A stretch of 64,000 nucleotides of DNA, taken from the human T2T-CHM13v2.0 reference genome, Homo sapiens. Made by a program: the position numbers and the translations under genes. Shown in pieces: positions 20,510 through 47,420 of the stretch. The stretch lies in assembly GCF_009914755.1 (NCBI RefSeq), contig NC_060946.1. One strand, written 5' to 3'. Below the pieces are notes generated by a model. The model was not told the origin of the DNA. It did no database searches and saw only the letters and a program-made list of their open reading frames with translations. The stretch's first letter is position 1. Each line of letters opens with the position of its first letter.

Positions 20510-21086
20510 TTACCAGTATATATGTGATGGCACATAGAAAGAATAAAGCCAGCGTTGAGATGTGCAGGCTGAAAGGTGGCCAGGCAGACTCAGAAGCCAA
20601 GTGTCTCTTCCTACTCCCAGCATGGCAATGCACTGCCCACAGTGGTGCTTAGAGGAGCCAGTTCTGTGTTCTAGACTTTCAGTCACAGCTTCCGTGGGGT
20701 GAAATCCTGGAGTGTTAAATCCTTCCATTCACCAGGCTCTGCTGCATTCTACCCATAGCTGGAGCCCTGGGCCTGCAAAACCCTTAGCTTGCGGGAGTCT
20801 GGACTTGCTCTTGCAAGTTGGGAGTCATTAAAGACTTTAACTGAAGAGGTGCTTGCCAGTATTGCTTTAGAAAGATGCGCAGCACCCATGGGGAGTAAGG
20901 ATTGGAAGGGAGGGAATTGAATTGAGAGGCATTGCCATAATCCTTGTTAAAGGTAAAGAAAAGCAAGGCAGGCCGGGCACGGTGGCTCAAGCCTGTAATC
21001 CCAGCACTTTGGGAGGCCGAGGCGGGCAGATCATGAGGTCAGGAGATCGAGACCATCCTGGCTAACACAGTGAAACCCTGTCTCTA

Positions 21087-21452
<366 letters not shown>

Positions 21453-21617
21453 TCAGGCTGCTGTTGAGATAGAGGAGAGCAGGCTGTTGGGGAGGCACAG
21501 CTCCCAGCTGGAGGCACCTGCCATACCTTAGGGGGCTCAGCAGGATGTCGGGGATCAGCAGGGCATCAGGCATAGTCTAAATGACTTTGAGTTGCAAGAG
21601 CTATCCCTGTCTACAGC

Positions 21618-23353
<1,736 letters not shown>

Positions 23354-23748
23354 CTAGGAATCCAGGTTTCCCTGAGAGAGGGCCACCTAACTCGATGCTA
23401 CACTGCTTTTTTTTTCTTTTTTTTCAGTAAAGACAAGGTCTCATTATGTTTCCCAGATCTCACACTCGTGGGCTCAGGCAATTCTCCCACCTCAGTTTCC
23501 CAAAATGCTGGGATTACAGGCATGAGTCACCACACCTGGCTTAGCTGCCACACTTCTGAGGCAGGGGTCTTCATAAGCTTACTGCTTGGCCCACTGTGCT
23601 CCTGGGAGAAGCTGTTGAAATCCCTACTTTGGTCAGAAGGAGTTTGGCACAGAGGAGGCATTTGATTTTTAGCACACAGGCATTATGTGAAAAGACTGAT
23701 AACATTGTCATAGGGGTTTTTCCTTTTTAAACGTTTTCTTTTTTGTGA

Positions 23749-24096
<348 letters not shown>

Positions 24097-24512
24097 TGAG
24101 GGCCTGCATTCCATTGAAAATGAGCCTGCCCGGCCAGCCTGGTGCAGTAACACACGCCTGTAATCCCAGCACTTTGGGAGGCCAAGCTGGGTGAATCACC
24201 TGAGGTCAGGAGTTTGTGACCAGCCTTACTAATAACGTGGTGAAACCCTGTCTCTACTAAATACAAAAAAATTAGCCAAATGTGGTGGCACATGCCTCTA
24301 ATCCAAGCTACTTGGGAGGCTTGGACAGGAGAATCACTTGTATCTGGGAGGCGGAGGTTGCAGTGAGCTGAGATCACGCCACTGCACTATAGCCTGGGCA
24401 ACAAGAGTGAAACTCTGTCTCAAAAAAGAAAATGAGCGTGCCCATCATTGGTTCCTGCCTGTGTCATTCTCAATTGTTCCAGCAGTAAAAAGCCAACTGC
24501 AGAAAAACCCCT

Positions 24513-24977
24513 TGGTAAATAGAATACTGGCCCCTCAAAGCTGTCCACGTCCTAATCCCCAGACCCCGTGAGTGTGTTAGGTTATATGGCAAAGGTGGAA
24601 TTACAGTTGCAGATGGAGTTACAATTGCTAATCAGCAAGATGGGGAGATTATCCTGGGTTGTCCAGTTGGGTCCAGTGTCATCACAAAGGTCCCTTTTAA
24701 GTGGAAAGAGAAGCAGGAGAGAGAGCAGCAGAGTCAGAGATCTGAAGATGCTGCTGGCCTTGAAGATAGAGAAAGGGGCCCACCTGCCAAGGTACACGGG
24801 TGAACTGTAGAAACTGCAAAAGGCGAGGAATTAGATTCTTCCCAAGAGCTCCAGAAGGAGTGCAACCCTGAGGACACCCCGACTCAGCCCAGTGAGACCC
24901 ATGTTGGACTTCTGACCTCCAGAACCGTAAGACAAGTTTGTGGTCATTTGTCACAGCATCAGTGAGGGACTAATACA
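24513..24977 (+). mobile_element. MaLR solo LTR (MLT1D-like)
   Basis: AGAATACTGGCCCCTCAAAG.TGTCCACGTCCTAATCCC ... GGACTTCTGACCTCCAGAAC ... CTAATACA terminus. Confidence 0.8.
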
Positions 24978-26153
24978 GCCTCCAACCCAAGCAGAAGGAG
25001 CAGCAGCCACATGGACAAGGTGTGCAAGACAGTGTTGATCGAATCATTCCACTTCTATCAAGTGATAGGCCCAGAAACATCCCTTATCTGGAAAGGAATT
25101 TAGGGCTCCTGGGGCCTCCTCCATAGGCCCCCACAATAGCCAGGTACATTGAAATTGGTGCTAGAAACCAAAGGCTTACTGTGCTGCCTTCAAGAAAACG
25201 ATACACCATGGAAGCTCTGGAACCCACCATGGTTGTGGTTGATGCAGCTGAGGAGAGCCCAGATGGAGGAAGAGCGGGGAGCAGGAGAGACTAACATCAT
25301 CAGCACAGTTCATTCTGGAAAGGCAAGTGGAGGAAGTGAGTGTAAATTGAAAGGCAAGGGCTGGGAAAACCGGCCTCATCACACCCTGGAGAAGGGGCAC
25401 AGGACACTGCACCCAAGACACAATTTTAAGGAATTAAAGAGAGTTTTTATTTGTGCAGTATATATTAACTTAAAAGACTGAAGAAAAAATCGACACAGTT
25501 TGCAGAATGGTTTCAGTTGGTTGGTGCTGGAGGAAATGTGCTAAGTCTAGAAAGTGAAGTTTCCCTGAAAGAGATAAACCGGGATGACAGGGCTTTTCCG
25601 TGTGCGTTTAGAAACTGAAGTTCATTCAAGCCAAGAAAGATAATTTTAAAAAAGAAGAAACTAAAAGTTCAAGGAAGATTTCTTGTGGCAAATGTGCATT
25701 ATTTAACATTTCTTTTTTTTTTTTTTGCGTATTTGTTTCAAGTGCAAAGATAGTGTAGAAATAAATTTCAGAAAGAAACGAAATTACCCATAATTCCATT
25801 TATGTAACGTAACAATTTGTATTTTTATACTTTGTCCACAGACTGTGTAGTTTTGCATTATTGCAGTTCCACTTCTGTATTGTCACTTGTGTGACTCTGT
25901 CTTTCCTGAGCTTGTGCACCAGGAGTTAGGTGACCCTTAATTTGAGGGTGTTTGATCTCCCAAGTACTGAGGGAAAGTGAGAACCCTCTCCTACCCCGTG
26001 GAAGCGTCTCTTCTTCTGGCCCATGAGCCTGCGCTGTGCTCCTCCCTCATCCCTCTGGATAGCCTCAGAACCAACCCCTTCGTTCCTTCCACCCATTTTC
26101 CAGATGAAATTGTTTTGGGTGTGTGAAGCAGCATTTGAAGGAATGTCAATTAA

Positions 26154-26357
<204 letters not shown>

Positions 26358-26655
26358 TGAGCATCCTCCAGCTTCAGTTCCCTCACCACACATCACATCC
26401 CACGCCAAGCTGGGTCCATCTTGCCACCTCACTGTCTCTGGAATCTCTCCACTTCTCACCATTTCCTACTTCTAGCCCAGCCGAGCCCTCCCCACCTCTC
26501 ACTTTCATGAACAGCACCAGGGACCCAGGAGTCCCTGAGAGGCCATAAAGTATAGCCTGGACGTGACCGCTCACTTCATCCTTCCCACCTGGCCACTCAG
26601 AGCCCTGTTTTCCTCCTTGTGAAATGGGCTACCTCTGAGAACAGTGGAAAGGTTA

Positions 26656-29989
<3,334 letters not shown>

Positions 29990-30168
29990 CTAAGCCTTTG
30001 TGTATCCTGATCCTTTTTCTCTTAGTGTTTTATATTTAATCTTGCAAGTAAGAAGGCTTACAAAGCACCACCTCTTCTCTCTCCTCTCTGGCTCTTTCCT
30101 GGCTGCTGTTCCTAGTAAAAAGGCAGAAAGCAGCCCTGGGCATATCTCCCTACCCCCAGCGTGCACAA

Positions 30169-30199
30169 ACACACACACACATACACACACACACACACA
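30169..30199 (+). repeat. (CA)n microsatellite ~200 bp upstream of SNAP29 exon 5
   Basis: Read directly. Confidence 0.93.
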
Positions 30200-30352
30200 G
30201 TCACAAACCTGGGAAAAGGCTTTACTCTTCACCCTGACAGAATCAATTAAGTCAAGACTCATCTCTGCAGTGGGTGCAGTCCCCCCAGGCAACACAGATC
30301 CCTGTCTCTCCCACTTACCCACACCATCAAGAAGCATTTGCAGGTGCCGTGA

Positions 30353-30550
<198 letters not shown>

Positions 30551-31021
30551 AGACAGACGGATTTCCACTCTATTGTGATGAAAAGATTTGAAAGATCTTT
30601 TTTTGAACTTCCAAGAAATTTCATTTACTATTTTAGTATGTAAATTAATGTGTGTTTGCAAATGTTATAATAGAGTAGGTCTTAAGACATTTTTGCTGTT
30701 ATAAGGAAGTGTTTGTCCCACATTTTCCTAGGGTTAACACCTCACCAAGTTCTTCCAGCAAAATGCTTATTAGAGTTTTTGTCTGAGCACAGTAGCCTGG
30801 CCCTGCATATCTTGGGCGTTTGATTACCATGCTGGAATAAGAAGAGTTGCATTTCTCATTTTAATGAGCATATGGAAAGATGGGAACAGAATTTCAGTCT
30901 TGCAGCCATGAGCCTCTATTTCTCATTCCTAAGCCTTACCATGAGTCAGAGTGTTAAGGGGGCCTGTGAACCAGTCGTTTGGTGGAGGAGGGTCCTTCCC
31001 ACACCTTTGTTTAGGAGTCAT

Positions 31022-31026
<5 letters not shown>

Positions 31027-31062
<36 letters not shown>
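31027..31062 (+). repeat. (CA)~18 microsatellite in SNAP29 3'UTR
   Basis: Read directly. Confidence 0.95.
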
Positions 31063-31065
<3 letters not shown>

Positions 31066-32487
31066 CTGAGCACATTATCTGTGATTCTTTCATCCTCCCA
31101 GAAAGGATCAGTGTTAGAATGGGAAATAGAGTGTGCCATCTTGCTCTTTTGTTGGCAGATGTCCCCGCTTCCCTCCAGCCCCCCATCCTTGGCATGTATA
31201 TTAGTAGGAGGGCTTCACACCAGCACTGCTCACTGCGACTCCTGGAAATGTGTGGGGAATTGGGTGAGCCCCTCTTCCCCACGTGCTCCCATCTGTAACT
31301 CTCCATCTGTGATTTGCAACAGGTCTTCCACTGGCTCGAGGCTGCGAGGCTGACCGACAGGGGCGCCCAATAGAGTTTGTGGGAATGGAGTATTGCACAG
31401 ATGCAGCTGCACAATGGTCTTCCTCCACCCCTCTGGGAATCACCATTAGGCAGGCCTCAGTAGGGCAAAATGTTTATTTGGTACCGGGGGTCTCCTGACC
31501 TGTCTAGCATTCCCACCCACTCTTCTGCACTTCTTGCAAGGTAACTTGAATCATCACTTATTTCTCTGCCACCTGGTTTTAGGACTGGCACTCTATAAAT
31601 GACGCTGACTTTGTATAGAAGGATTTTGCTAAGGGGGCAAAAAGCCCAGATACCATTTTAACTGGCCCAGTTCATTTTCTCCTTTCATTTTACAAAAGAA
31701 ATCATGCAGAAGCATCAATTAAAACTGATTTATTTATGTTGGTACATCCAACAAAATAGTTGGAGCCACAAGGCCCTTGTCTTTTTAAAAAAACAAAATA
31801 TTTTGAAGATGGTGAAAGTGACTGATTTTAATAATGAGATAGGTCACTTAAAATAACAGTGCCTTTGACCTTAAAACATGGCACTGGCCCATGTGACCTT
31901 TGCCATTTCCCAGTACTTCCCTTTACAGTCTGCAGCCTATAAACAGTGGTGTCTCAAAGCAAAGGAAACCTCCACAAGTGCTGCAACAGTGCATTAGTTT
32001 TTATGTAGCAATTTGTTTATAAAAATTCCCATCCCATAATGCATGACCTTCCTAAAAATATCCACAGCCTCCATAGGCAAGGTGAGCTTTCTGTGCTACC
32101 CACTTGTTAGATTCCAGCCACCTCAGGGATTCTGATCCATGTCATTAACGACCATCCCAGGGTGTGAGGGCCTGATTAAAGCTTATCGAACTAGACATTT
32201 GTTTATTAGATGAGCTCGGCATTATTATTTTCTCAATAACTGGTAGAAGGGAAATTTTAAACATAACACTCAACCCAAACAAAACTACTTCGTGAGGCTT
32301 TCAGCAAAAAGGCTGCTTAAAAGCATGAACCCGGGATGCAGAGCAGCTTTTGTGCACGGTTCCACTTACTGTAATTGTTTCTGGTTCTTTCCTCTAACAC
32401 CTTCCATGTATGTCAACTTTTTATCACCGTCAGGCATAGACTCGTGGAGATTAGTCATTATAGCTCAGACCTAAGCTAATTATTTAA

Positions 32488-32493
32488 AATAAA
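32488..32493 (+). terminator. SNAP29: Candidate proximal poly(A) signal of SNAP29 (AATAAA)
   Basis: Canonical hexamer in AT-rich unique 3'UTR; usage is not shown by sequence. Confidence 0.4.
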
Positions 32494-33244
32494 TACATGT
32501 AAAGGCCACTGCCACATTCTCAGCAGACTTCCACTTGCCTAATGAGATTAGTGATTCAACTGACTTGAAGCACAGTAACATCTTATTTTATGCACATTCC
32601 CTGTCTTTTGCTGGACTGATGAAGCCAGTCACCCGCCCTTCTCTGTTTTTTGGTTTTTTTTTTCTTAACCCCAGGTATATGGAAGGGGAGTTGCCTTCAC
32701 TTTTCTGGAAATTTGTCTTCGTCTGACATATTAGAGGGCCTCGTTTTGTCCTGTTCTTGTTCAGACCCTCTCGTTCTACGTCCTGTGCTGAGGGGACTGT
32801 CCGTAAGCTACAGGACAGCGAGCTGGTCCTTTCTGCCACTTCTTCCCCACTCCCATGCCCAGGAAGGCCTGGTTGCTGATGCTACTTTATAAATGAGTTG
32901 CTTGCATTTTCACAGAGAATGAAGGAAGACGTAACATGGCTCCAGAAACTTTTCACATGATGATTGGGATCGACAAAAAAATGCTACCCTCTAGACTAGA
33001 CACATTTCATGGAGACAAGCAAAATGGTGCCAGGGCTGGGCTGACTGTGGGATGGGATTTGGTACTGCAGACAGATTTTGATTTCCACAGTTGAGCTGGA
33101 AACAAACTGTGCCTTCAAAAAATGACTTTTCTAACTTAAGGTTGGTTATATGTTAAGTGTGCTACTAACTTAAAAAATAGTGGCTGGGCGCGGTGGCTCA
33201 TGCCTGTAATCCCAGTGCTTTGGGAGGCCAAGGCGGGGGGATCA

Positions 33245-33515
<271 letters not shown>

Positions 33516-33882
33516 TCACGCCTGTAATCTCAGCACTTTGGAAGGCCAAGGCAGGCGGATCACGAGGTCAGAAGATCGAGACCATCCTGGCTAACACAGT
33601 GAAACCCCGTCTCTACTAAAAATATAAAAAATTAGTCGGGCATGGTGGCGGGCGCCTGTAGTCCCAACTACTCGGGAGACTGAGGCAGAAGAATGGCGTG
33701 AACTCAGGAGGCGGAGCTTGCAGTGAGCCAAGGCGACAGAGCAAGACTCTGTCTCAAAAAATAAAAAATAGTGCACTGTCCTTCGAGAAAGTTTTCTAAC
33801 ATCTAGTAATTTGTAACTTAGAAGTGGAGTTGCCTTGTGGATGTCTTTTTTGCATTCTGTAGGAAATGAAACGTGAATTTAA

Positions 33883-34260
<378 letters not shown>

Positions 34261-34276
34261 TGATCTGCCCGCCTCA

Positions 34277-34516
<240 letters not shown>

Positions 34517-34537
34517 TTAAAAATAGCTTGGCCTCTA

Positions 34538-34780
<243 letters not shown>

Positions 34781-34783
34781 TCA

Positions 34784-34909
<126 letters not shown>

Positions 34910-35021
34910 TCATTAAAAGTGCTCATTATGGCTGGGCATGGTGACTCGCCTGTAATCCCAGCACTTTGGGAGGCCGAGGCAGGCAGATCATGAGGTCAGA
35001 AGATCAAGACCATCCTGGCTA

Positions 35022-35384
<363 letters not shown>

Positions 35385-35550
35385 TTATTTCTTAGTGAGT
35401 TGGTGGAGGGGATCTTCCTCGTTGAGTCTTCATGCATTTGGTCTTTGATGCCACGTTTAGCCCTATGAACTACCTTCTGTCCTGAAACCCTCTCATCAGT
35501 TTTCCGGTGTGTCTCCTAGCTCCCTACCCGCTCTGCAGCACTATCTAGAC

Positions 35551-36080
<530 letters not shown>

Positions 36081-36180
36081 TTTTTTTGTTTTTGAGACAG
36101 CATCTTATTGTAGAATCAAAAGGTCTGAGAAAGCATCTGTAGGTTAGGCTAGGCCATTTTGGAATTTTTTTTTTAATTAA

Positions 36181-36456
<276 letters not shown>

Positions 36457-36541
36457 TGAGCCACGGAGTCTGGCCCATCTTGGAAATTTTTATCTGTCAG
36501 TGGGCTAGCTCCCCGTGTCCCAAAAGCCACTGTGGTTTTAG

Positions 36542-36713
<172 letters not shown>

Positions 36714-36898
36714 TAGCTGGGATTACAGGTGCATGCCACCAAGCCTGACTAATTTTTTGTATTTTTAGTAGAGACGGGGTTTCACCCTGTTAGCTAGGAT
36801 GATCTCGATCACCTGACCTGGTGATCTGCCCGCCTCGGCCTCCCAAAGTGCAGGGATTACAGACGTGAGCCACTGTGCCCGGCCAAATATCATCTTTA

Positions 36899-37409
<511 letters not shown>

Positions 37410-37638
37410 CTAATCTAAGAGGCCTTATGAGCCATACTGAGGAGTCAGAATATTGCACTTCAATGACAGGGAGGTACTGATGGAGTCTAAGCAAGCGAGT
37501 GACGTGACAAGATTCAGATTTTGAAAGATCATAAAGATGCATCACCGCATTATTTATAAAAGCAAATAATGGCTGGACGCGGCGGCTCTTGACTGTAATC
37601 CCAGCACTTTGGGAAGCCAAGGCAGGCAGATCTCCTCA

Positions 37639-38016
<378 letters not shown>

Positions 38017-39256
38017 TTATATGGTATGGTCCCAACTTTGTGGAAAAGCAAACCAATATATGAATTTCAAACAAAAAAAAATCACTCTTGCATCAGTGAG
38101 GAGGACAAGCTGGGAACAGAGTAAGGAAAAGACTTTGGTCATGGTCCAAGCAAGAATTGAAGAGGGGCCCAAACTAGAGTGGTGGCAGGACAGAAAGGGA
38201 GAGATGGGGCAGACTGCAGAGCACTGGGTAGGACAGGCTTTAGTGACCAACTCACCAATGTAGGATGACGTAGAAGGAGGAAGCGAAGATAGCACTCAGG
38301 CTTCTGGGCAAAGGAATTAGTAGACAGTGTTTTTCACAAAAGGAATACAAAAACAGGCCAGGCGTGGTGGCTCACACCTGTAATCCCAGCACTTTGGGAG
38401 GCCAAGATCAATGGGTGGGTGAATCACATGAGGCCAGGAGCTTGAGACCACCCTGGGCAATATGGTGAAACCCTGTCTCTATTAAAAATACAAAAAATTA
38501 CCCACGTTGGTGGCGAGCACCTGTAGTCCCAGCTTCTCGGGAGGCTGAGGCATGAGAATTGCTTGAACCCAGGAGATGGAGGTTGCAGTGAGCCAAGATT
38601 GACCACGCACCCCAGCCTGGGCAACAGAACAAGACTCTGTCTCAAAAAAACAAACAAACAAATAAACAACAACAAAAAAAACATGGCTGGGCATGGCAGC
38701 TCACACCTGTAATCCCAGCACTTTGGGAGGCAGAGGCAGGAGGATTGCTTGAGTCCACGTGTTTGAGACCAGCCTGGGCAACATAGTGAGACCCTGTCTT
38801 TACAAATAATAAAAAATTAGCCAGGCATTGTGGTGCATGCCTGTGTTCCCAGCTACTAGAGAGGCTGAGACAGGAGAACTGCTTGAGCCCAGGAAGTCAA
38901 GGCTGCAGTGAGCCATGACCATGCCACTTGGGCAAGAGAGTGTGACCCTGTCTCAAAAAAAAAAAAAAAAAAAAAGCACAAGCAAGTTTGGGGTTAGGGA
39001 CATTGATGAACTAGGTACTGGACAGGTTAAGTTTGAAGACCTTTGGGACATCCAGATGGATCCCAGGTGCTGCACCAAAAGTTATGCACAAAACAGATCA
39101 GAATCCCTGCCCTCATGGAATGGACAGAGAAGACAATGAATAAGACAAGTAGAAAATTAATAGGCTGGGCGCGGTGGCTCACGCCTGTAATCCCAGCACT
39201 TTGGGAGGCCGAGGCGGGCAGATCACGAGGTCAGGAGATCGAGACCATCCTGGCTA

Positions 39257-39439
<183 letters not shown>

Positions 39440-39653
39440 TCAAAAAAAAAAAAAAAAGAAAGAAAATTAATAGGCCAGGCCAGGTGTGGTGGTTCAGGCC
39501 TGTAATCCCAGCACTTTGGGAGGCCGAGGCAGGTGGATCACCTGAGGTCAGGCGTTCAAGACCAGCCTGACCAACATGGTGAAACTCTCTCTCTACTAAA
39601 TATAAAAAAATTAACTGGGCATGGTGGTGCATGCCTGTAATCCCAGCTACTCA

Positions 39654-39758
<105 letters not shown>

Positions 39759-40020
39759 TCAAAAAAAAAGGAAAGAAAACAGGCCAGGCGCAGTGGTTCA
39801 CGCCTGTCATCCCAGCAGTTCGGGAGGCCGAGGCAGGCAGATTACCTGAGGTCAGGAGTTCGAGACTAACCTGGCCAACATGGTGAAACCCCCTCTCTAC
39901 TAAAAAATACAAAAATTACAAAACAATTTAAAAAACTACAAAAATTAGGCTGGGTGTGGTGGCTCACGCCTGTAATGCCAGCACTTTGGGAGGCCGAGGT
40001 GGGTAGATCACCTAAGGTCA

Positions 40021-40191
<171 letters not shown>

Positions 40192-40194
40192 TCA

Positions 40195-40416
<222 letters not shown>

Positions 40417-40452
40417 TCAAAAAAAAAAAAAAAGAGAAAAGAAAATTAATAG

Positions 40453-41091
<639 letters not shown>

Positions 41092-41280
41092 TGATCCTCC
41101 CACCACAGCCTCCTAAATAGCTGGGATTATAGACATGTGCCACCACACCCAACTGATTTTTTTATTTTTTGTAGAGATGGGGTTGGCCAGGCTGCTCTGA
41201 AATTCCTGAGCTCAAGTGATCAGCCTGCCTTGGCTTCCCAAAGTACTGAGATTATAGGCATGAACCACTGCGCCCAGTCT

Positions 41281-41585
41281 AGAAATTTATTTTCTCACAG
41301 TTCTAGAGGAACCAAAGTGTTGGGTCCCTTCTGAGAGTGGTGAGAGAAAGATCTGTTCTGGGTCTCTCCCTGGCTTGTACAGGGCAGTCTTCTCCCTGTA
41401 TCTTTATATCATCTTAAGGACACCAGTTATACTGGATTAGGGCCCACCCCAAAGACCTTACTTTCAGTAATTACCTTTGTTAAGACCCTATCTCCAAATA
41501 AGGTCATATTCTAAGGTACTGGGGATTAGAACATCCACATATGAATTTGGCAGGGGAGTCAGGGGAGCACAGTTCAACCCAGAAC
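41281..41585 (-). mobile_element. MaLR LTR fragment (MLT1B/C-like)
   Basis: AGAAATTTATTTTCTCACAGTTCT ... GGATTAGGGCCCACCC ... CCTATCTCCAAATAAGGTCATATTCT, typical of antisense MLT1. Confidence 0.75.
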
Positions 41586-41618
41586 CTATACAAATAAGTT
41601 TCAGCTGGAAGGAGCTGA

Positions 41619-41768
<150 letters not shown>

Positions 41769-42340
41769 TGAGTAGCTGGGACAACCGGTGCCCGCCACCA
41801 CGCCCGGCTAATTTTTTGTATTTTTAGTAGAGATGGGGTTTCACCGTGTTAGCCAGGATGGTCTCAATCTCCTGATCTTGTGATCCACCCGCCTCAGCCT
41901 CCCAAAGCGCTGGGATTACAGGCATGAGCCACTGCACCTGGCCTGGCCTTTATTTTCTTTGCGTGGCTGAAATTGGATGGAGCAGAGATAGATGACTGGA
42001 GAGTTAGATCACCAAGGATAGGGCTGTCATAGACCCAGCTAAGACAGGGCACTTAGAAGGACCCTGGTCTTTAACACATTTCATGGATTTAAAGAAATAG
42101 AGTAGCAGTTTCTAGCCTTAGAGTCACTAGTTAGCTTCGCAGCTGCTTAGCAGCAGGTAGTAGAGGACCTCACCAATACGGCTGAAGTTCAAGAGCAGGA
42201 CTCCTGAACCAGGCCCTCTGTCTTGCACCTATAATCCCAGGTACTCGGGAGGCTAAAGCGAGAACACTTGAGGCCAGGAGTCTGGGACCAGCATGGGTAA
42301 CACAGCAAGCACTGGCCCCCTACACTTCTTAGAAAATTAA

Positions 42341-42647
<307 letters not shown>

Positions 42648-43683
42648 TAAAAAGATCAAGCCTCCTGTCCCTGGGCTGACCAGACAGCCAAGAAAGGCAA
42701 GTTAGAAATCAGGGCTCTGGCTTAAGGCTTAGGGCAAAGGTCTGGTTCCCTGACTACGGTCACAAGGCAGAAGTCTAGGTGCCAGACCCAGGGCTCAAAT
42801 CAGAGAAAAAGTAAAGCTGACTTGACATTGATCTTTGCATTTAAGTGCTTTAAATATTCCCCAAAAAATGTCCCAAAATCCGGATAGGACTTGACTTGAC
42901 TGACACTTGCTTAGTTGCCCATGCTGGATTGCAGTGATGTAATCATGGCTCACTGCAGCCTCGACCTCCCAGGCATAAGCGATCCTCCCACCTCAGCTTC
43001 CTGAGTAGCTGGGGCCACAAGCACATGCCACCACGTCCTGCTAATTTTCTTTTTTTTTTTTTTTTAGACCAGGTCTCGCTGTGTTGTGCAAGCTGATCTT
43101 GAACTCCTAGGCTCAAATCATCCTCCCACCTCTGCCTTTCAAAGTGCTGGGATTCCAGGTGTGAGCCACTCCACCCAGCCAGGACTTGACCATAGACTAA
43201 AAGCAAAAGAGTGAGGCAAGCCATTTATAAATAGGAAAGAAACTGCTCACCCGACCCCCACCAATGCTGAAGGAAGCACAACAACACCCTAAAGAAGATA
43301 CAAACCTTGGAGACAAAGAGCACCTCTAGGTCATTTAGAAATTAAACCAAGCTGGGCATGGTGGCTCACGCCTGTAATCCCAGCACTTTGGGAGGCTGAG
43401 GCAGGCGGATCACGAGGTCAAGAGATCGAGACCATCCTGGCCAATATGGTGAAACTCCATCTCTACTAAAAATACAAAAATTAGGCCGGGCGCGGTGGCT
43501 CACGCCTGTAGTCCCAGCTACTCGGGAGGCTGAGGCAGGAGAATGGCGGGAACCAGGAGGCAGAGCCTGCAGTGAGCCAAGATCGCGCCACTGCACTCCA
43601 GTCTGGGCGACAGCGAGACTCCGTGTCAAAAAAAAAAAAAAAAATTAGTTGGGTGTGGTAGCACTTGCCTGTAGTCCCAGCTA

Positions 43684-43887
<204 letters not shown>

Positions 43888-44185
43888 CTATCTCTACTAA
43901 AAATACAAAATTAGCCAGGCGTGGTGGTGCATGCCTGTAATCCCAGCTACTCAGGAGGCTGAGGTGGGAGAATCATTTGAACCCAGGAGGCAGAGATTGC
44001 AGTGAGCCAAGATCACATCACTGCACTCCAGCCTGGATGACAGAGCAAGACTCCATCTCAAAAAAAAAAATTAAATGAAAACAGATGGGTGCAGTGCCTC
44101 ATGTCTATAAATCCCAGCACCTTGGGAGGCCAAGGCAGGAGGATTACTTGAGCCCAGGAGTTTTTATTTATTTATTTATTTTTGA

Positions 44186-44290
<105 letters not shown>

Positions 44291-44521
44291 TGAGTAGCTG
44301 GGATTACAGGCATGCACCACCGCACCCGACTGATTATGTATTTTTAGTAGAGACAGGGTTTCTCCATGTTGGTCAAGCTGGTCTCGAACTCCTGAGCTCA
44401 GGTGATCTGCCCTCCTGTAATCCCAACACTCCCAAAGTGTTGGGATTACAGACATGAGCCACCGTGCCCGGCAAGCCCAGGAGTTTGAAACTAGCCTGAG
44501 CAACACGGCGAGACCCTGTCT

Positions 44522-44561
<40 letters not shown>

Positions 44562-45081
44562 ACATAAAAAATAAGAATAAAAATAATTAGCTGGGCGTGA
44601 TGGTCTGCACCTGTAGTCTCAGCTATCTGGGAGGCTAAGGCGGGAGGATTGCTTGAGCCCAGGAGATTGAGGCTGCAGTGAGCTATAATCCTGCCACTGC
44701 ACTCCTGGTCGACAGAGTGAGATCTCATCTCAAAAAAAAAAAAAAAAAAAAAAAGACCTGTGTGGTGGCTCATGCCTGTAATTCAAGCACTTTAGGAGGG
44801 CAAGGCAGAAGGATTGCTTGAGTACAGGAGTTCAAGACCAGCCTGGGCAACATTGAGAGACCAAGTTCTGTTGTGGGTTGATTTGGCTTTTTTTTTTCTT
44901 TTTTAAAATGTGGTTTGTTTCAAGTTTCCCTTCTCCACGATAGGCTAATACTGATCATGTCATTCCACCACTTAAAACTTCTGTTGGGGCCGGGTGTGGT
45001 GGCTCACGCCTGTAAGCCCAGCATTTTGGGAGGCCAAGGCGGGTGGATCACAAAGTCAGGAGATTAAGACCATCCTGGCTA

Positions 45082-45636
<555 letters not shown>

Positions 45637-46189
45637 TCATTTAAGGAAGCCAATTGGCCAGTTTAGGCAGCACATGACACAGTCTCCACTGATGGCCCTG
45701 AGTGTGGCCCTGGGTTCACAGGACGAGAGGTGGCTAGCGTCTTACAGGTACTAACCAAAATCACAATAAATCTTATAATCAGAAGACCATTATTACTCAT
45801 TTACAATAAGAGAGATAACTGACCAGAATGTAAGTTTTCTGATGCGAGCGCAGAGCATTGTGCCTGGCACAGAGTAGGCACTTAAGAAGTTTTTGTAGGA
45901 TGGATAGTAAGAAAAGGAAGGGAGAGAAGAGGGGGTGGGGAAGGAGCAAGTGAAAGGGGAAAAAAGCTCATTCTCTTTCTGTAGGAAGGCTATTTGAGGA
46001 GCCAAGTTAAAATCAGATTGAATAGTGCTTATTCCTCCACTAGACTAAGTACCACCAAGCAGGACCATATCACATTCACTTTGCATCCCCAAGTCTAGCT
46101 CCTGGGAGATGCTTAATACAGGTGTGCTGAACCTATTTGTCACTTAAATGTTCATTATCTCAGGATCTTACAAAGGGCTTCTTTTCCTG

Positions 46190-47420
<1,231 letters not shown>

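Noticed and set aside
25100-25750. Purine-rich unique stretch with ORF 25149-25481, considered as a processed pseudogene
   Set aside because: No recognisable protein similarity, poly(A) tail or TSD.
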